Positions 29,991 to 39,823 of a stretch of DNA of 64,000 nt are shown here, one piece after another. The stretch spans positions 1-64,000 of the forward strand of contig CAVRFW010000009.1 in NCBI GenBank assembly GCA_963720565.1, written 5' to 3'. This DNA is from Candidatus Bathyarchaeota archaeon. Lineage in GTDB: Archaea; Thermoproteota; Bathyarchaeia; Bathyarchaeales; Bathycorpusculaceae. The position numbers and the translations under genes are program-made. Positions within the stretch are counted from its first letter, which is position 1. Every line of letters begins with the position of its first letter. The notes beneath the pieces are model-generated. The model made no database searches. It had not been told where the DNA came from and was given only the letters and a program-made list of their open reading frames with translations.

Positions 29991-31352
29991 CTATTTGGCT
30001 AGCGGGAAACCAGATTTGATCCAAGCATCAGTCCCACCGAGACAATTGTAAACGCATCCAAATCCTGCCCTCAATAGTATGCTTGCTCCGAAACTTGATC
30101 GGTTTCCTGTTTTGCAAACGACCACTATTGGAACGTTTCTTGGAAGCTGGTCTGTTTTCTTTTCAAGTTGACCCAGATAGATGTGCTTTGAACCTTCAAT
30201 GTGACCTTCGTCCCATTCGCTCTGACGACGAACGTCGACTATGATCACTTCATCTTTTGCCTCAGTCATTCTTCGAAGTTCCTGGACGGTTATTAAGCCA
30301 GCTTTGGATATTGGAAATCCCTGTTTGTACCATTCTTCCAAACCGCCTGTGAGATAGCCTTCTATTTTGTCGTAGCCTAAACGGAATAGATTACGGACTG
30401 CAAAATCGAGTGCTTCAAGGTTTTCGACAACAAGCAAAATATTTTTTTCATAGTCTACAACCCAACCTGCATTAGAAAGCCTGCTGGGCGTTAGACTGTA
30501 GGATCCCTTTATGTGTGCCCCTCCAAAAGCAGCTGGGCTCCTCGTGTCGATAACATAAGCCTTCTCTGACATCTCTGCAAACTCCACAGGTGTCAAAGCG
30601 CGGGGATTTGGTATGGTTCCCAATACTGGTGGCCCGTTTAGATTGTAGTTCTCCATTTTCTTAAAATAGGGTGGAGTTTGGTGTTTTTCAGCGCTTTTGT
30701 GTGCCACAAAATCTTTTTTGCGGAGTTTCAGCATCGGATTTGTCTTCTTTTCAACTCCGAGTGTGCTAATTTCTCTCTGCCTTATCTTGCCGCCGCAAAC
30801 CGAGCCTGCACCATGTGCGGGGTACACTATCACGCCTTCACCAAGAGGCATAAGCCGTTCCATTATGCTTTCATACATCTTCTCTGCCATTACTGGGGTC
30901 AATTCAGCTCCTAGAAAATCGGTTCTTCCCACATCTCCCACAAAGAGTGTGTCACCCGTAAATACTATCACAGCCTGATCTCCAGATTCGGAATCATACA
31001 CCACATAGCTCATACTCTCAGGAGAGTGACCTGGAGTGTGCAAGGCCTTAATTCTTAGCAATCCTACCGAGAACTCCTGGTTGTCTTCAGCAGTCTTTCC
31101 ATATTTCCAAGGCAGTCCAGGACCATGGAACACTGTTGCCTTGGTAAAATTGGCTATCTCTTGAGAACCAGTAACGTAATCTTCGTTTCTGTGAGTTTCA
31201 AAAACGTATTTTATCCTGGTACCCCATTTGGCAGCGATGTCCAGATAAACTTGGCAGTCCCTTCTCGGATCGATAACAGCAGCTTCATTTTTTGATCCTA
31301 TGATATACGAAATGTGAGAGACTATTTCGGATTTCAAAGCTTGGAGCAACAT
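29991..31352 (-). CDS. MBL-fold hydrolase (persulfide dioxygenase-like) fused to two rhodanese domains
   Basis: ETHRNEDY, HTPGHS, TGDTLFVGDVGR, PAHGAGSVCG; rhodanese GAHIKGS and CKTGNRS. Confidence 0.9.
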   Translation of the reverse strand: MLLQALKSEIVSHISYIIGSKNEAAVIDPRRDCQVYLDIAAKWGTRIKYVFETHRNEDYVTGSQEIANFTKATVFHGPGLPWKYGKTAEDNQEFSVGLLRIKALHTPGHSPESMSYVVYDSESGDQAVIVFTGDTLFVGDVGRTDFLGAELTPVMAEKMYESIMERLMPLGEGVIVYPAHGAGSVCGGKIRQREISTLGVEKKTNPMLKLRKKDFVAHKSAEKHQTPPYFKKMENYNLNGPPVLGTIPNPRALTPVEFAEMSEKAYVIDTRSPAAFGGAHIKGSYSLTPSRLSNAGWVVDYEKNILLVVENLEALDFAVRNLFRLGYDKIEGYLTGGLEEWYKQGFPISKAGLITVQELRRMTEAKDEVIIVDVRRQSEWDEGHIEGSKHIYLGQLEKKTDQLPRNVPIVVVCKTGNRSSFGASILLRAGFGCVYNCLGGTDAWIKSGFPLAK

Positions 31353-31682
31353 TCTTCAAAGCCCTCCCATGGTTAACAAAAAAGGACATAGTTAAAGTTT
31401 ATCGCACACCCCCTTCCCAAGTCTCTGCATAACATTGAAAACGCCCTTAGTCGTCTAGTTTGGGTATTAACACTTGGATTCAAAGCGGGGCAGCAAAACT
31501 CTCAGCAGAGCGAAATCCGAGGTCATCTTGGAACACGATGTCTTTTTGTTATGACTACAACCACACGAGACTCAATTGAGCTTTCAAAATCACACAGAAC
31601 AGAAGACGCGACATTTCCCTCGCGTTATCCTATCCAATCCTATCCAGGTTCACATTTTGGCGAGAATGCCGAGTCTTTGCCT

Positions 31683-32249
31683 TTAGGTTTTGGCAAGATA
31701 GATTACTCGACAAAGGAACAGTGTTGCTGTTGCGATTACTATTCCCGCGGTCACTACTTCGTGAATAAGTTGCCCTGAAAAGAGCAGTGTTAGACCTACT
31801 GCACCGTAGAGTAGACTTCCATAATACTTGCCCACTGGATCATAGATTTTTCTTGAGAAAAGGCTGCTAAACAGAAACTGAGCAAATGCGACGCCAATCA
31901 GTAACAAAAGCCAGGCAGAGTAGAAGCCTTGACTGACAAAGTTCACAAACATGCAGAAAACAAAGGCGAAGTCGATTGCTGCATCAAGGCGTGCTCCTGA
32001 CTTTGAGGAAACCTCCAATTTCCTCGCCACGTAACCATCTGCAAAATCCGTGCCTACCACGAATAGAAACAAACTATCCGCAACAAAAACAAACCCGTTG
32101 TGAAGTGAAAGAATTAGAAAAGGCAAGACCAAAAGACGCTGGACGCTGATAACCAACGGAAAATAGCTGCTCTTCCTGTGCTTCCCACTACGTTGGGATT
32201 TCTCTTCCTGCTTGCTCAGCGAGTTCTGTTGCACTCTTATTTCCTTCAT
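31683..32249 (-). CDS. CDP-alcohol phosphatidyltransferase family protein (start probably downstream)
   Basis: TDFADGYVAR..GARLDAAID signature. Confidence 0.85.
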   Translation of the reverse strand: MKEIRVQQNSLSKQEEKSQRSGKHRKSSYFPLVISVQRLLVLPFLILSLHNGFVFVADSLFLFVVGTDFADGYVARKLEVSSKSGARLDAAIDFAFVFCMFVNFVSQGFYSAWLLLLIGVAFAQFLFSSLFSRKIYDPVGKYYGSLLYGAVGLTLLFSGQLIHEVVTAGIVIATATLFLCRVIYLAKT

Positions 32250-32838
32250 TCGGCGCCATGCTAGTCAGAGCTATTTCGCCTATAATGTTACCGTTTGCAG
32301 CAAGCACCAATTCCGAGACTTTTGCTTTGCTGCCCGCCGCATCTCCAGCAGCAAGACCCACCAGCACAACATCAATTCCTTCAAGGTCCCCCATTCTCTC
32401 GATTTGCCGCGTTGTCGGTGAATCTGGCTCCCCACCGTAGGTTGAAAAGCAAAGTACCAGCAAGTCGTACTCCGAGGGTTCACTCGGAGCCTGAGTGCTT
32501 GGTGTGGCAATCTCCACTCGCCAACCATTTGACACAAGACCTACCGTGAACGCATAGGCTACATCGTGCGCAAAAGAAGACAGACCAGGATGATACAATA
32601 CAAGCGCTGTTACGCCACCTCCTGGGTTTTCAACAACTACCTCGGTGACTACATCAGTGCTGATTGCATATGCCATGTACGCCAACAAAGAGGCCGAAAC
32701 TACAAACACGACCAGTAACGAAATCAACAGAATTCTCTTCCATCTTTTTCGGGGCCAAAGTTTCAAAGGTAAACACCAACTACTTGTTGTTCTCCAATTG
32801 GCTATAAATTTTGCGAGCTCAATTCCCTGGTGCATCAT
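32188..32838 (-). CDS. Membrane-anchored flavodoxin-like protein
   Basis: N-terminal TM, ALVLYHPG, YDLLVLCFSTYGG. Confidence 0.6.
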   Translation of the reverse strand: MMHQGIELAKFIANWRTTSSWCLPLKLWPRKRWKRILLISLLVVFVVSASLLAYMAYAISTDVVTEVVVENPGGGVTALVLYHPGLSSFAHDVAYAFTVGLVSNGWRVEIATPSTQAPSEPSEYDLLVLCFSTYGGEPDSPTTRQIERMGDLEGIDVVLVGLAAGDAAGSKAKVSELVLAANGNIIGEIALTSMAPNEGNKSATELAEQAGREIPT

Positions 32839-33077
32839 TGAAGACTTATGATTTCGCTGAACTCAGAGAAATCAGAACCTCAGTATTAGCAGAATTTGGG
32901 GTTTTCGAACAAGGCTCCACAAATTGTAATTTTGGGAAAGCCCGCTAGAATCTCGCTATCAAACGAATTTTAGCCTGCACTATCAAGGACGCTGGTCAAA
33001 ATGTGTGGTAGCCATAAATAACAAAGCAACAAGAGAATACTAAAATAGTAAAAAAACAATAAAATGCCGAGCAGGTT

Positions 33078-33575
33078 TTGAGTGTGAAAACAGAAAAGGA
33101 ATTTTGGCTAGTAACCATGCTTATTGTTGCAGCAGCAGTTTTTGCAGTCGTCGCATATTTTCGTTGGCTCAATTTCGGTTTCTTGCTGGGTCCATACCGT
33201 ATGAATCACTGGGTATCTTGGATAGCATCATTCTACATTGCGTTGGCAGTGCCAGTTTTTTCCGCGTTAAGACGGCGATCACCTCTCAAGACGAGGGCTC
33301 TCCTAAGAATTCATGTGTACGGCAATCTGATTGCCTTTCTACTAATATCGATTCACTTCGCAAGCCAAGTTTCCAGACAACCCATTCCCGACTTGGGAAC
33401 AGGTATAGCATTATATGTCGTCATGCTTATTCTCACTATCACAGGTTTCTTTAACAGATTTCGAATTTCAGCACTCCTTAAGCCTCAAAACAATAGGTTC
33501 CTTCATGTCAGCGTAGCGATATCCTTCTTTATCATTATAGGAATACACATTCTCCACGGCATTGGAATAATCTAG
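33078..33575 (+). CDS. Multi-TM His-rich membrane protein (cytochrome b-like)
   Basis: His residues within helices: NHW, RIHV, SIHF, FLHV, GIHILHG. Confidence 0.55.
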   Translation: MSVKTEKEFWLVTMLIVAAAVFAVVAYFRWLNFGFLLGPYRMNHWVSWIASFYIALAVPVFSALRRRSPLKTRALLRIHVYGNLIAFLLISIHFASQVSRQPIPDLGTGIALYVVMLILTITGFFNRFRISALLKPQNNRFLHVSVAISFFIIIGIHILHGIGII

Positions 33576-33688
33576 CGCTGAGTCTATTTCCTTCTCTTTC
33601 TTTGCGCTTCAGATCTGCATTACTAGCAATCGATAAAAATTGGAGAGTTATAAAAGACTGATCACTGAAAATACCGGCTGATCAGTGC

Positions 33689-34318
33689 ATGTCAATAATC
33701 GGTTTAGATCTGGCAGGATCCGAAACTCGACCCACAGGTTTCTGCCTCCTTTCTGGCATGAAAGCAGAAACAACTATGCTATACACTAACGACGAGGTCC
33801 TCAGAAAAACACAGGAAAACAACCCACGAGTAATCGCCATTGACGCCCCCTTGAGCCTTCCAGCAGGAAGAAAATCATTGGATGATAGACAAGGTGATCA
33901 TCTCAGAGAAAGCGAACGAGAACTTCTAAAACATGGCATAAAGCTTTTTCCTGTTACGCTTGGACCGATGAGAAAACTCGCCAAACGAGGAATCTACATC
34001 AGAGGCATCTTCGAAAGCAAACATTACACTGTAATAGAAGCTTACCCTGGAGGCGCGCAAGACATCCTGCGGATTCCCAGAAAAAAGTATGGTACCGACA
34101 AGTTGAAGGCTGGCTTGGAGCGGCTTGGAATTGAAGGGTTGAAGGATGGGCTTAGTGATCACGAGCTAGACGCCGCAACTTGCGCTTTCGTTGGGAAACT
34201 CTTCTTGGAAGGCAAAAGCATAACCTACGGAGCACCCGGACAGGGCATCGTAATGCCAAAAGGGGAAAAAGCAGTATCAAACCAAATCAAGAGGAAACAT
34301 ACTTGCAGACAGAGGTAG
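33689..34318 (+). CDS. DUF429 RNase H-like predicted nuclease
   Basis: IIGLDLAG, IAIDAPLS, IEAYP, DHELDAATCA. Confidence 0.85.
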   Translation: MSIIGLDLAGSETRPTGFCLLSGMKAETTMLYTNDEVLRKTQENNPRVIAIDAPLSLPAGRKSLDDRQGDHLRESERELLKHGIKLFPVTLGPMRKLAKRGIYIRGIFESKHYTVIEAYPGGAQDILRIPRKKYGTDKLKAGLERLGIEGLKDGLSDHELDAATCAFVGKLFLEGKSITYGAPGQGIVMPKGEKAVSNQIKRKHTCRQR

Positions 34319-34333
34319 TCTTCAAACTGAAAG

Positions 34334-35041
34334 TTAGCTTAGCTTAAAATAGATGCGTCTGTTGTTCTTGCCTTTATTCTCTGTTTTGACAAGCTCGACC
34401 TTTCCTATCTCACGCAGGTTTCTAATATGGGTTCCACCGTCAGCTTGCTTGTCTAACCCAACGATTTCAACAATTCTCAGAACTGGCAGGTTAGGGGGAA
34501 ACGCCTCAGCCATCTTAACCACGCCGGGAATTTTCAAGGCTTCTTCCCGAGGCAACTCGTACCATCTCACCTCGATATCCTCTTCGAACAACTCATTCGC
34601 CCTAACAAGATACTCTTCCAGGATTGTTCTGTCAAACTTTTCGAGGCTGAAATCGAAGCGCACGTGGTCTTCTTCAAGCTGATTGCCCGTTATGAGCGCT
34701 CCCGTGCCCTTGTTTAGTAGAGCCGCAAGAACATGAGCAGCGGTGTGACTGCGCATAAGCTTGTATCTTCTTTCCCAGTTCAAGACGCAGCAGACATCGT
34801 CGCCAGGCTGCAAGCCAACATGGTCAACTTCATGGCTAATTTCGCCTGAGAACTTTCCAACATAAACCACATTGAAAACCTCGCCCTGTCTGATTATCCT
34901 GCCAGTATCATGCGGTTGACCTCCGCCTTTGGCATAGAAAATCGTCTTATCCAAAGTCACGTATTTTCCGTCTTTGACAGAAATCACAGTCGCGCGCACT
35001 TCCTTCAGGTAACTATCAACCAAGAACAACTCTTTGAGCAT
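34334..35041 (-). CDS. alaX: Alanyl-tRNA editing protein AlaX
   Basis: FYAKGGGQPHD, MRSHTAAH, ADGGTH. Confidence 0.92.
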   Translation of the reverse strand: MLKELFLVDSYLKEVRATVISVKDGKYVTLDKTIFYAKGGGQPHDTGRIIRQGEVFNVVYVGKFSGEISHEVDHVGLQPGDDVCCVLNWERRYKLMRSHTAAHVLAALLNKGTGALITGNQLEEDHVRFDFSLEKFDRTILEEYLVRANELFEEDIEVRWYELPREEALKIPGVVKMAEAFPPNLPVLRIVEIVGLDKQADGGTHIRNLREIGKVELVKTENKGKNNRRIYFKLS

Positions 35042-35168
35042 GATGTATCCCGCTAAGATTGTAAGTATTCATTCGCTGAAAACTCTATATCAACTTTTGC
35101 GTCTGCATTCCATGCCTAAATTGACAGTCGATCCAGAAAGGCGACCTCTGCAGAACTCGTGTCAGATG

Positions 35169-36092
35169 TCAATTCCTCAAAGTTGCGTTTCTTTTCCTAA
35201 ACAAAACGATTGCGATAAGTATGATTACAATAAAAAGAACGGCTGCAACTACTATTTCAACCGGCATTTTTGCAGTTGAGACTGGAGGAACCGCAACACT
35301 TTCCATTAGGGGATACCGGTCTCGGTTTTGAACGTCGATTATGTATGGTGTGTCACCAATTCCGTCGTCATCGGCATCTGTACCGTTATAGTTGCTCCAG
35401 TAGTTGCCTTGCTCGCCATAATCCCAATTGTGTATCGGTTCACTCGGGTTGTACTCCTCGCAGAAACAACCGCTGAAATGGACAACGTTGTCTATGAAAC
35501 TGTTACGCGAAAGAATTATGCTAAGAGGTGTATTTCCGGGCGTGTTGACACCGAAAAAAACACCTTCCTCATTACGAGCTACATGATTCTCGAGGATAGT
35601 GTTGAAGTCTCCTGAGAGCAATATTCCCACTATGTTATCTGACACCGAACATCCTGCAACCGTGTTGTTCGCCGTCCAAATGTACATGCCAATGTAGAAA
35701 TTTCTGATGTTCAAGTTCTTAATTGTCAAGTTATGCCTGTTTTCATTCGCTAAGTCTATTCCTATCGTCCAAGGTACTGCCGTTTCATTGAATTCTTGGT
35801 ATGGTCCATCCCCCACTACCCATTGGTCTGTCCTTGTTCCGTTGTAGGTTCCTTGAAGAGCGTAGCCAGCACCGTCAATTACGATGTTATCTTTGTCTAC
35901 AACAATCTGGGCGCAAAGGTTGTCGGTAAACTTGTATACATCACCGTTGCGCTGTATCGGTACGTTGGAAGGCTCGATGCTGCCGTCGGATAGAATGCGA
36001 ACTGTCATTAAAGACAATGAAGGACTCGCATTTGCCCCAATCAAAAACGCGGAAAGAAACAATAGCGTCAAAGTAGTTGTCAGGATCTTCAT
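35169..36092 (-). CDS. NosD/CASH parallel beta-helix surface protein with C-terminal TM
   Basis: IDGAGYAL, NNTV..N repeats, GNYWSNY.G.D..DGIGDTPY, DRYPL, TM+RKR. Confidence 0.85.
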   Translation of the reverse strand: MKILTTTLTLLFLSAFLIGANASPSLSLMTVRILSDGSIEPSNVPIQRNGDVYKFTDNLCAQIVVDKDNIVIDGAGYALQGTYNGTRTDQWVVGDGPYQEFNETAVPWTIGIDLANENRHNLTIKNLNIRNFYIGMYIWTANNTVAGCSVSDNIVGILLSGDFNTILENHVARNEEGVFFGVNTPGNTPLSIILSRNSFIDNVVHFSGCFCEEYNPSEPIHNWDYGEQGNYWSNYNGTDADDDGIGDTPYIIDVQNRDRYPLMESVAVPPVSTAKMPVEIVVAAVLFIVIILIAIVLFRKRNATLRN

Positions 36093-37720
36093 GCCTTTTC
36101 CGCCGTGTTGTTTTTGTTTTCTGTTTCTTGTACTAGCCAGTTTCGCGATTTGAACACCGTTTTTCCAGCTACTTTCACTCTTAGAGTATCTTCATACGGG
36201 CACATTTCGACGCAACGCATGCAAAGCAGACACTCAGAAGTGGTCACGTCGCCGCCCTTTTTCTCGTAAACTTCGGTTACTTGAGTGGGACAGACTCTCT
36301 TGCAGACACCACATTTGGTGCATTTCTCCTCCACCTTATCCAGTCGGATACCGGCAAATCGTTTGAACGGTGGAAAACGATTGAATAGGGCAATCAAAGC
36401 GCCCATGGGGCAGATTCTGCACCAGGCACGTCGGAAGAAGAAAGCTGTTACCGTCACCAAGCCCAACACAAACAGGTTCAGCGATGTCAAGTAGAAACCC
36501 ACCTCGTAGAAACTGCCCGTTGTCGCCTCCGTAAGCCACTCTGGTCTCATAAGCCCCACAGAAGTCTGCAGCATCACGCATAATGGCTTCATCGGACAGA
36601 CTTGACAGAAAGGGGCTGCAAAATAGGTATAGATGAAACCGCCTTTTTCTGTTCCAGGAACGAGCTGGGCGTCAGCTATAGCTTGCAAGCCAAAGATGGC
36701 ACTCAAAACTATGATGAGGGCTAGAATAACGTAGCCAAGCTGATGGAACTTCTTGTTGAAATGGTCAGACAGACTCCGGTGTTCTATCTTCAACGCCTTT
36801 CTGAGACGCGTGATTAAGTCCATGTACAAGCCGAATGGGCATATCCACCCGCAGAAGAACTTCCCCACAAGCATAGATAGCAGGATTACGGATCCCAAAA
36901 CAACTGCTAATCTCATCAAGCCCGAAGAGACGTAGTCTACTCCCCAGCCGCGCCCAGCATCCCAGAATGGATACAAGTACACTTGAAGCTCCCAAAGCGC
37001 GCAAGTCACAGTTTTCCCGCAGGGATAATAGCAGCCAAGAAACGGAACTGGAAAACCGTCAGGCATCGATATGCCCAACACGTTTGTCGCAATCAAGTAT
37101 TCATGCGGGGTAATCTGTTCAGCAGGCACCGGCACGACTCGGTGATCGATAAACATCCCAAAGAAAATGAGAAACACCAAACCTATCTGAACAAGCAGCC
37201 GCAAAGAACTGACGCTTCTTGTCTTATTCTTCCTGCCCGTAGCTATCGCTACCACTCCAACGCCCATCGAGATTGCAGCTGCAGATATCAGAGAATAATT
37301 AGGCTTGTAAGGAGGCAACGAAGGCATCGGCAGCGGAGCTAACGGATCAGCAGGATTAGTCACGTTCGCGTACAGCCTGTCACATATGTGACCATAGATC
37401 GGAAAAATATTCCAGTATCCAGCCATGTCCAAGGTCTGAGTAACCGAGAACTCACCCGTCTCAGCATCAGCAACGACAAACTGATCTATCCAAGTGTAAT
37501 CCGGCCGGGTAAACGTCACTCTTACCGTCACGTTCGGTTCTACTGGGCAGATTTGACCCGTCACGGTAACGTTTTCGTTTATGTTAACTTCCGTTTCACT
37601 TATTTCTGCAGTAATGTGTGGGCCGTAACAGCCAGTGGCAAGCGAAAAATCGTAGACACTAACAATATATAGAGATAATGTGATTGCGAGAGCAAAGCAG
37701 AGAACAGTTCGCTGTTTCAT
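36089..37720 (-). CDS. NapH/MauN-type membrane polyferredoxin with N-terminal exported domain
   Basis: FCGWICPFG, CQVCP, WCRICP, CTKCGVCKRVCP, CLLCMRCVEMCP. Confidence 0.85.
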   Translation of the reverse strand: MKQRTVLCFALAITLSLYIVSVYDFSLATGCYGPHITAEISETEVNINENVTVTGQICPVEPNVTVRVTFTRPDYTWIDQFVVADAETGEFSVTQTLDMAGYWNIFPIYGHICDRLYANVTNPADPLAPLPMPSLPPYKPNYSLISAAAISMGVGVVAIATGRKNKTRSVSSLRLLVQIGLVFLIFFGMFIDHRVVPVPAEQITPHEYLIATNVLGISMPDGFPVPFLGCYYPCGKTVTCALWELQVYLYPFWDAGRGWGVDYVSSGLMRLAVVLGSVILLSMLVGKFFCGWICPFGLYMDLITRLRKALKIEHRSLSDHFNKKFHQLGYVILALIIVLSAIFGLQAIADAQLVPGTEKGGFIYTYFAAPFCQVCPMKPLCVMLQTSVGLMRPEWLTEATTGSFYEVGFYLTSLNLFVLGLVTVTAFFFRRAWCRICPMGALIALFNRFPPFKRFAGIRLDKVEEKCTKCGVCKRVCPTQVTEVYEKKGGDVTTSECLLCMRCVEMCPYEDTLRVKVAGKTVFKSRNWLVQETENKNNTAEKA

Positions 37721-37941
37721 ACCTACCCTCACTATTGCATGTATAGTTTTGCCATGTTCATATAAGTTATGCATTCTCCATCCAATCACTGGTATTTACA
37801 TTTCATGCAGATTAGAAAAGAGACGATAAAAGGAAGAGCGTCTAGCTAAGTCTATGTCGACTTTCTCTTTCTATTGTCCGCCCGTTTGCCTTTGCTTCTC
37901 GAACGGCAGAATTTTCTGCTGGAATAATGAGATTGTGCTGT

Positions 37942-38691
37942 TTAGGCGCGCATTCGTTTGAAAGCTTGGATTCCGATGATGTTTGCAATTAAAGTGAAGC
38001 TGACTATGATGATTATGTTTTGAAGGGTTCCAAAATACTGCAATCCAATTAGTATGCTCCTTAACACGTCTACAATGTAGGTTAAGGGGTTAATACCGCT
38101 CAACGTTGCAAGGTAGATGTTCAAATCTCCAAGTGGGTACAAGGCACCAGACAAGAAGAAAAGCGGAAATATTACAAAGGTGGTTATCAACTGGAAACCT
38201 TCTGGAGAAGTCATGAAACTGCCTATTGTGAGGCCGACAGCGGTTAAACCTGCCGCAGCAACGGCCACCATCAACAAAGTCAAAAAGACAGATAAAACTG
38301 TATAGTGTATGCCAATTACCACACCGAAGACAAGGATTATCACGGCTTCTACAAGAGAAAAGGTCACTCCCCCTAACACCTTGCCCAGGAAAATTGAGGA
38401 TCTACTCAAAGGGGTTACGAGTATCGCTTTTAGCAGATCGATTCTCCTATCCCAGACTAAGTAAGCGCCGTAGAAAATGGATGAAAACAAAAACGTCTGC
38501 ATGAGTATCCCTGCGAAAATGTATTGCGAATAGTTCTCCACACCTGGAATAATAACCGAAGACCCTAAACCACCACCGAAGGCCAATAGCCAGAGTATAG
38601 GATTGGCAACGGCAGACACAATTCTAGGTTTTTCCCTGAAAAACGTGAGCATCTCTCTTTGCCAAATAGCATACACACCTGCCCAATTCAT
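37942..38691 (-). CDS. ABC-2 type exporter permease
   Basis: FPLFFLSGALYP, NPLTYIVD; about 6 TM. Confidence 0.9.
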   Translation of the reverse strand: MNWAGVYAIWQREMLTFFREKPRIVSAVANPILWLLAFGGGLGSSVIIPGVENYSQYIFAGILMQTFLFSSIFYGAYLVWDRRIDLLKAILVTPLSRSSIFLGKVLGGVTFSLVEAVIILVFGVVIGIHYTVLSVFLTLLMVAVAAAGLTAVGLTIGSFMTSPEGFQLITTFVIFPLFFLSGALYPLGDLNIYLATLSGINPLTYIVDVLRSILIGLQYFGTLQNIIIIVSFTLIANIIGIQAFKRMRA

Positions 38692-39659
38692 GCTTTCTCC
38701 ACGCTCTCTTGAACTATCTTCTCAAACCATCCACTCTCGCCTTCATCTCCAATAGTTCTGCCAACCCAGCGCAGAAAAACATCATTCAGAGTCGTGGTCC
38801 TCACTTCCACGGACTCAATCTTGCCAACGACTTTCAGAATCAGCTGCAGATTCTCTCCAACATCTTCAACCGAAATCTTTGTTTCCGAACCGTCCTGTTT
38901 GATGTTTCTCACAAAACCTAGTTTTCGCAGCTCATCCACACGTGAAGTTTCAACTCCCCTAATTGTCACAAGATCCCCTCCCAAAGACTTCTTCAGTGCC
39001 CTCGGTGAATCTAGAACGACGATTTTACCTCGGTCAATTATTCCAATGCGGTTCGCAAGAGAATCCGCCTCTTCCATGTAGTGCGTCGTCAGCAGCACCG
39101 TCATCTTCAACTCTTTCACGAGGCGGATTATGTAGTTCCACATTTTCTCCCTACCTCGCGGATCCAATCCCAAGGTTGGCTCATCAAGAAACAGCACCTT
39201 AGGCTTGTGGATGAGGCTTCTCGCGATCTCCAACCTTCTCCTCATTCCACCAGAATAATGCTTCACAAGATCATCTTTCCTATCTGAGAGCTCAACGAGT
39301 TCAAGCGCCTCCTCAATTCCTATGCTAATCTGCGCTTTAGGTATGCCATACATCATAGCGTACAGCTTGATGTTCTCGTAGCCCGTTAAGAGCTCGTCGC
39401 TGCTGGGCTCCTGAAAAATTATCCCAATAGACTCTCTAACCTTCTCTGGTTGCGCTAAAACATCAAAGCCATTCACCTTTGCAGTGCCCGACGTGGGTTC
39501 CAACAACGTGGCAAGCATCTTAATTATCGTTGTCTTGCCAGCGCCATTCGGCCCTAGAAGGCCGAAGACTTCACCTTCGTCAATGCTAATGTTGAGGTTT
39601 TCAACCGCGGTCAACTTTCCGTACTTTTTAGTCAGGTTGAAGGTTTCAACGACAGGCAT
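38688..39659 (-). CDS. ABC exporter ATP-binding protein (DrrA-like)
   Basis: GPNGAGKT, YSGGMRRR, LFLDEPT, TTHYM. Confidence 0.95.
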   Translation of the reverse strand: MPVVETFNLTKKYGKLTAVENLNISIDEGEVFGLLGPNGAGKTTIIKMLATLLEPTSGTAKVNGFDVLAQPEKVRESIGIIFQEPSSDELLTGYENIKLYAMMYGIPKAQISIGIEEALELVELSDRKDDLVKHYSGGMRRRLEIARSLIHKPKVLFLDEPTLGLDPRGREKMWNYIIRLVKELKMTVLLTTHYMEEADSLANRIGIIDRGKIVVLDSPRALKKSLGGDLVTIRGVETSRVDELRKLGFVRNIKQDGSETKISVEDVGENLQLILKVVGKIESVEVRTTTLNDVFLRWVGRTIGDEGESGWFEKIVQESVEKA

Positions 39660-39823
39660 GACTATGAAAATAAAACATGCCTTTAAAAAACGTATGTGCT
39701 CGTATTTTCAAAGAATTGTAACAGGCAACCGCTACCCTGGACTATGGCAAATCTGCCAGACTGAGGAATTGCAAAGACTTTTGACAAATATTCATATTAA
39801 AGGGAGAAGCCCCAGATTGCATA

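Noticed and set aside
35169..37720. Nitrous oxide or nitrate reduction cluster
   Set aside because: No nosZ or napA; NosD/CASH and NapH-like domains are generic
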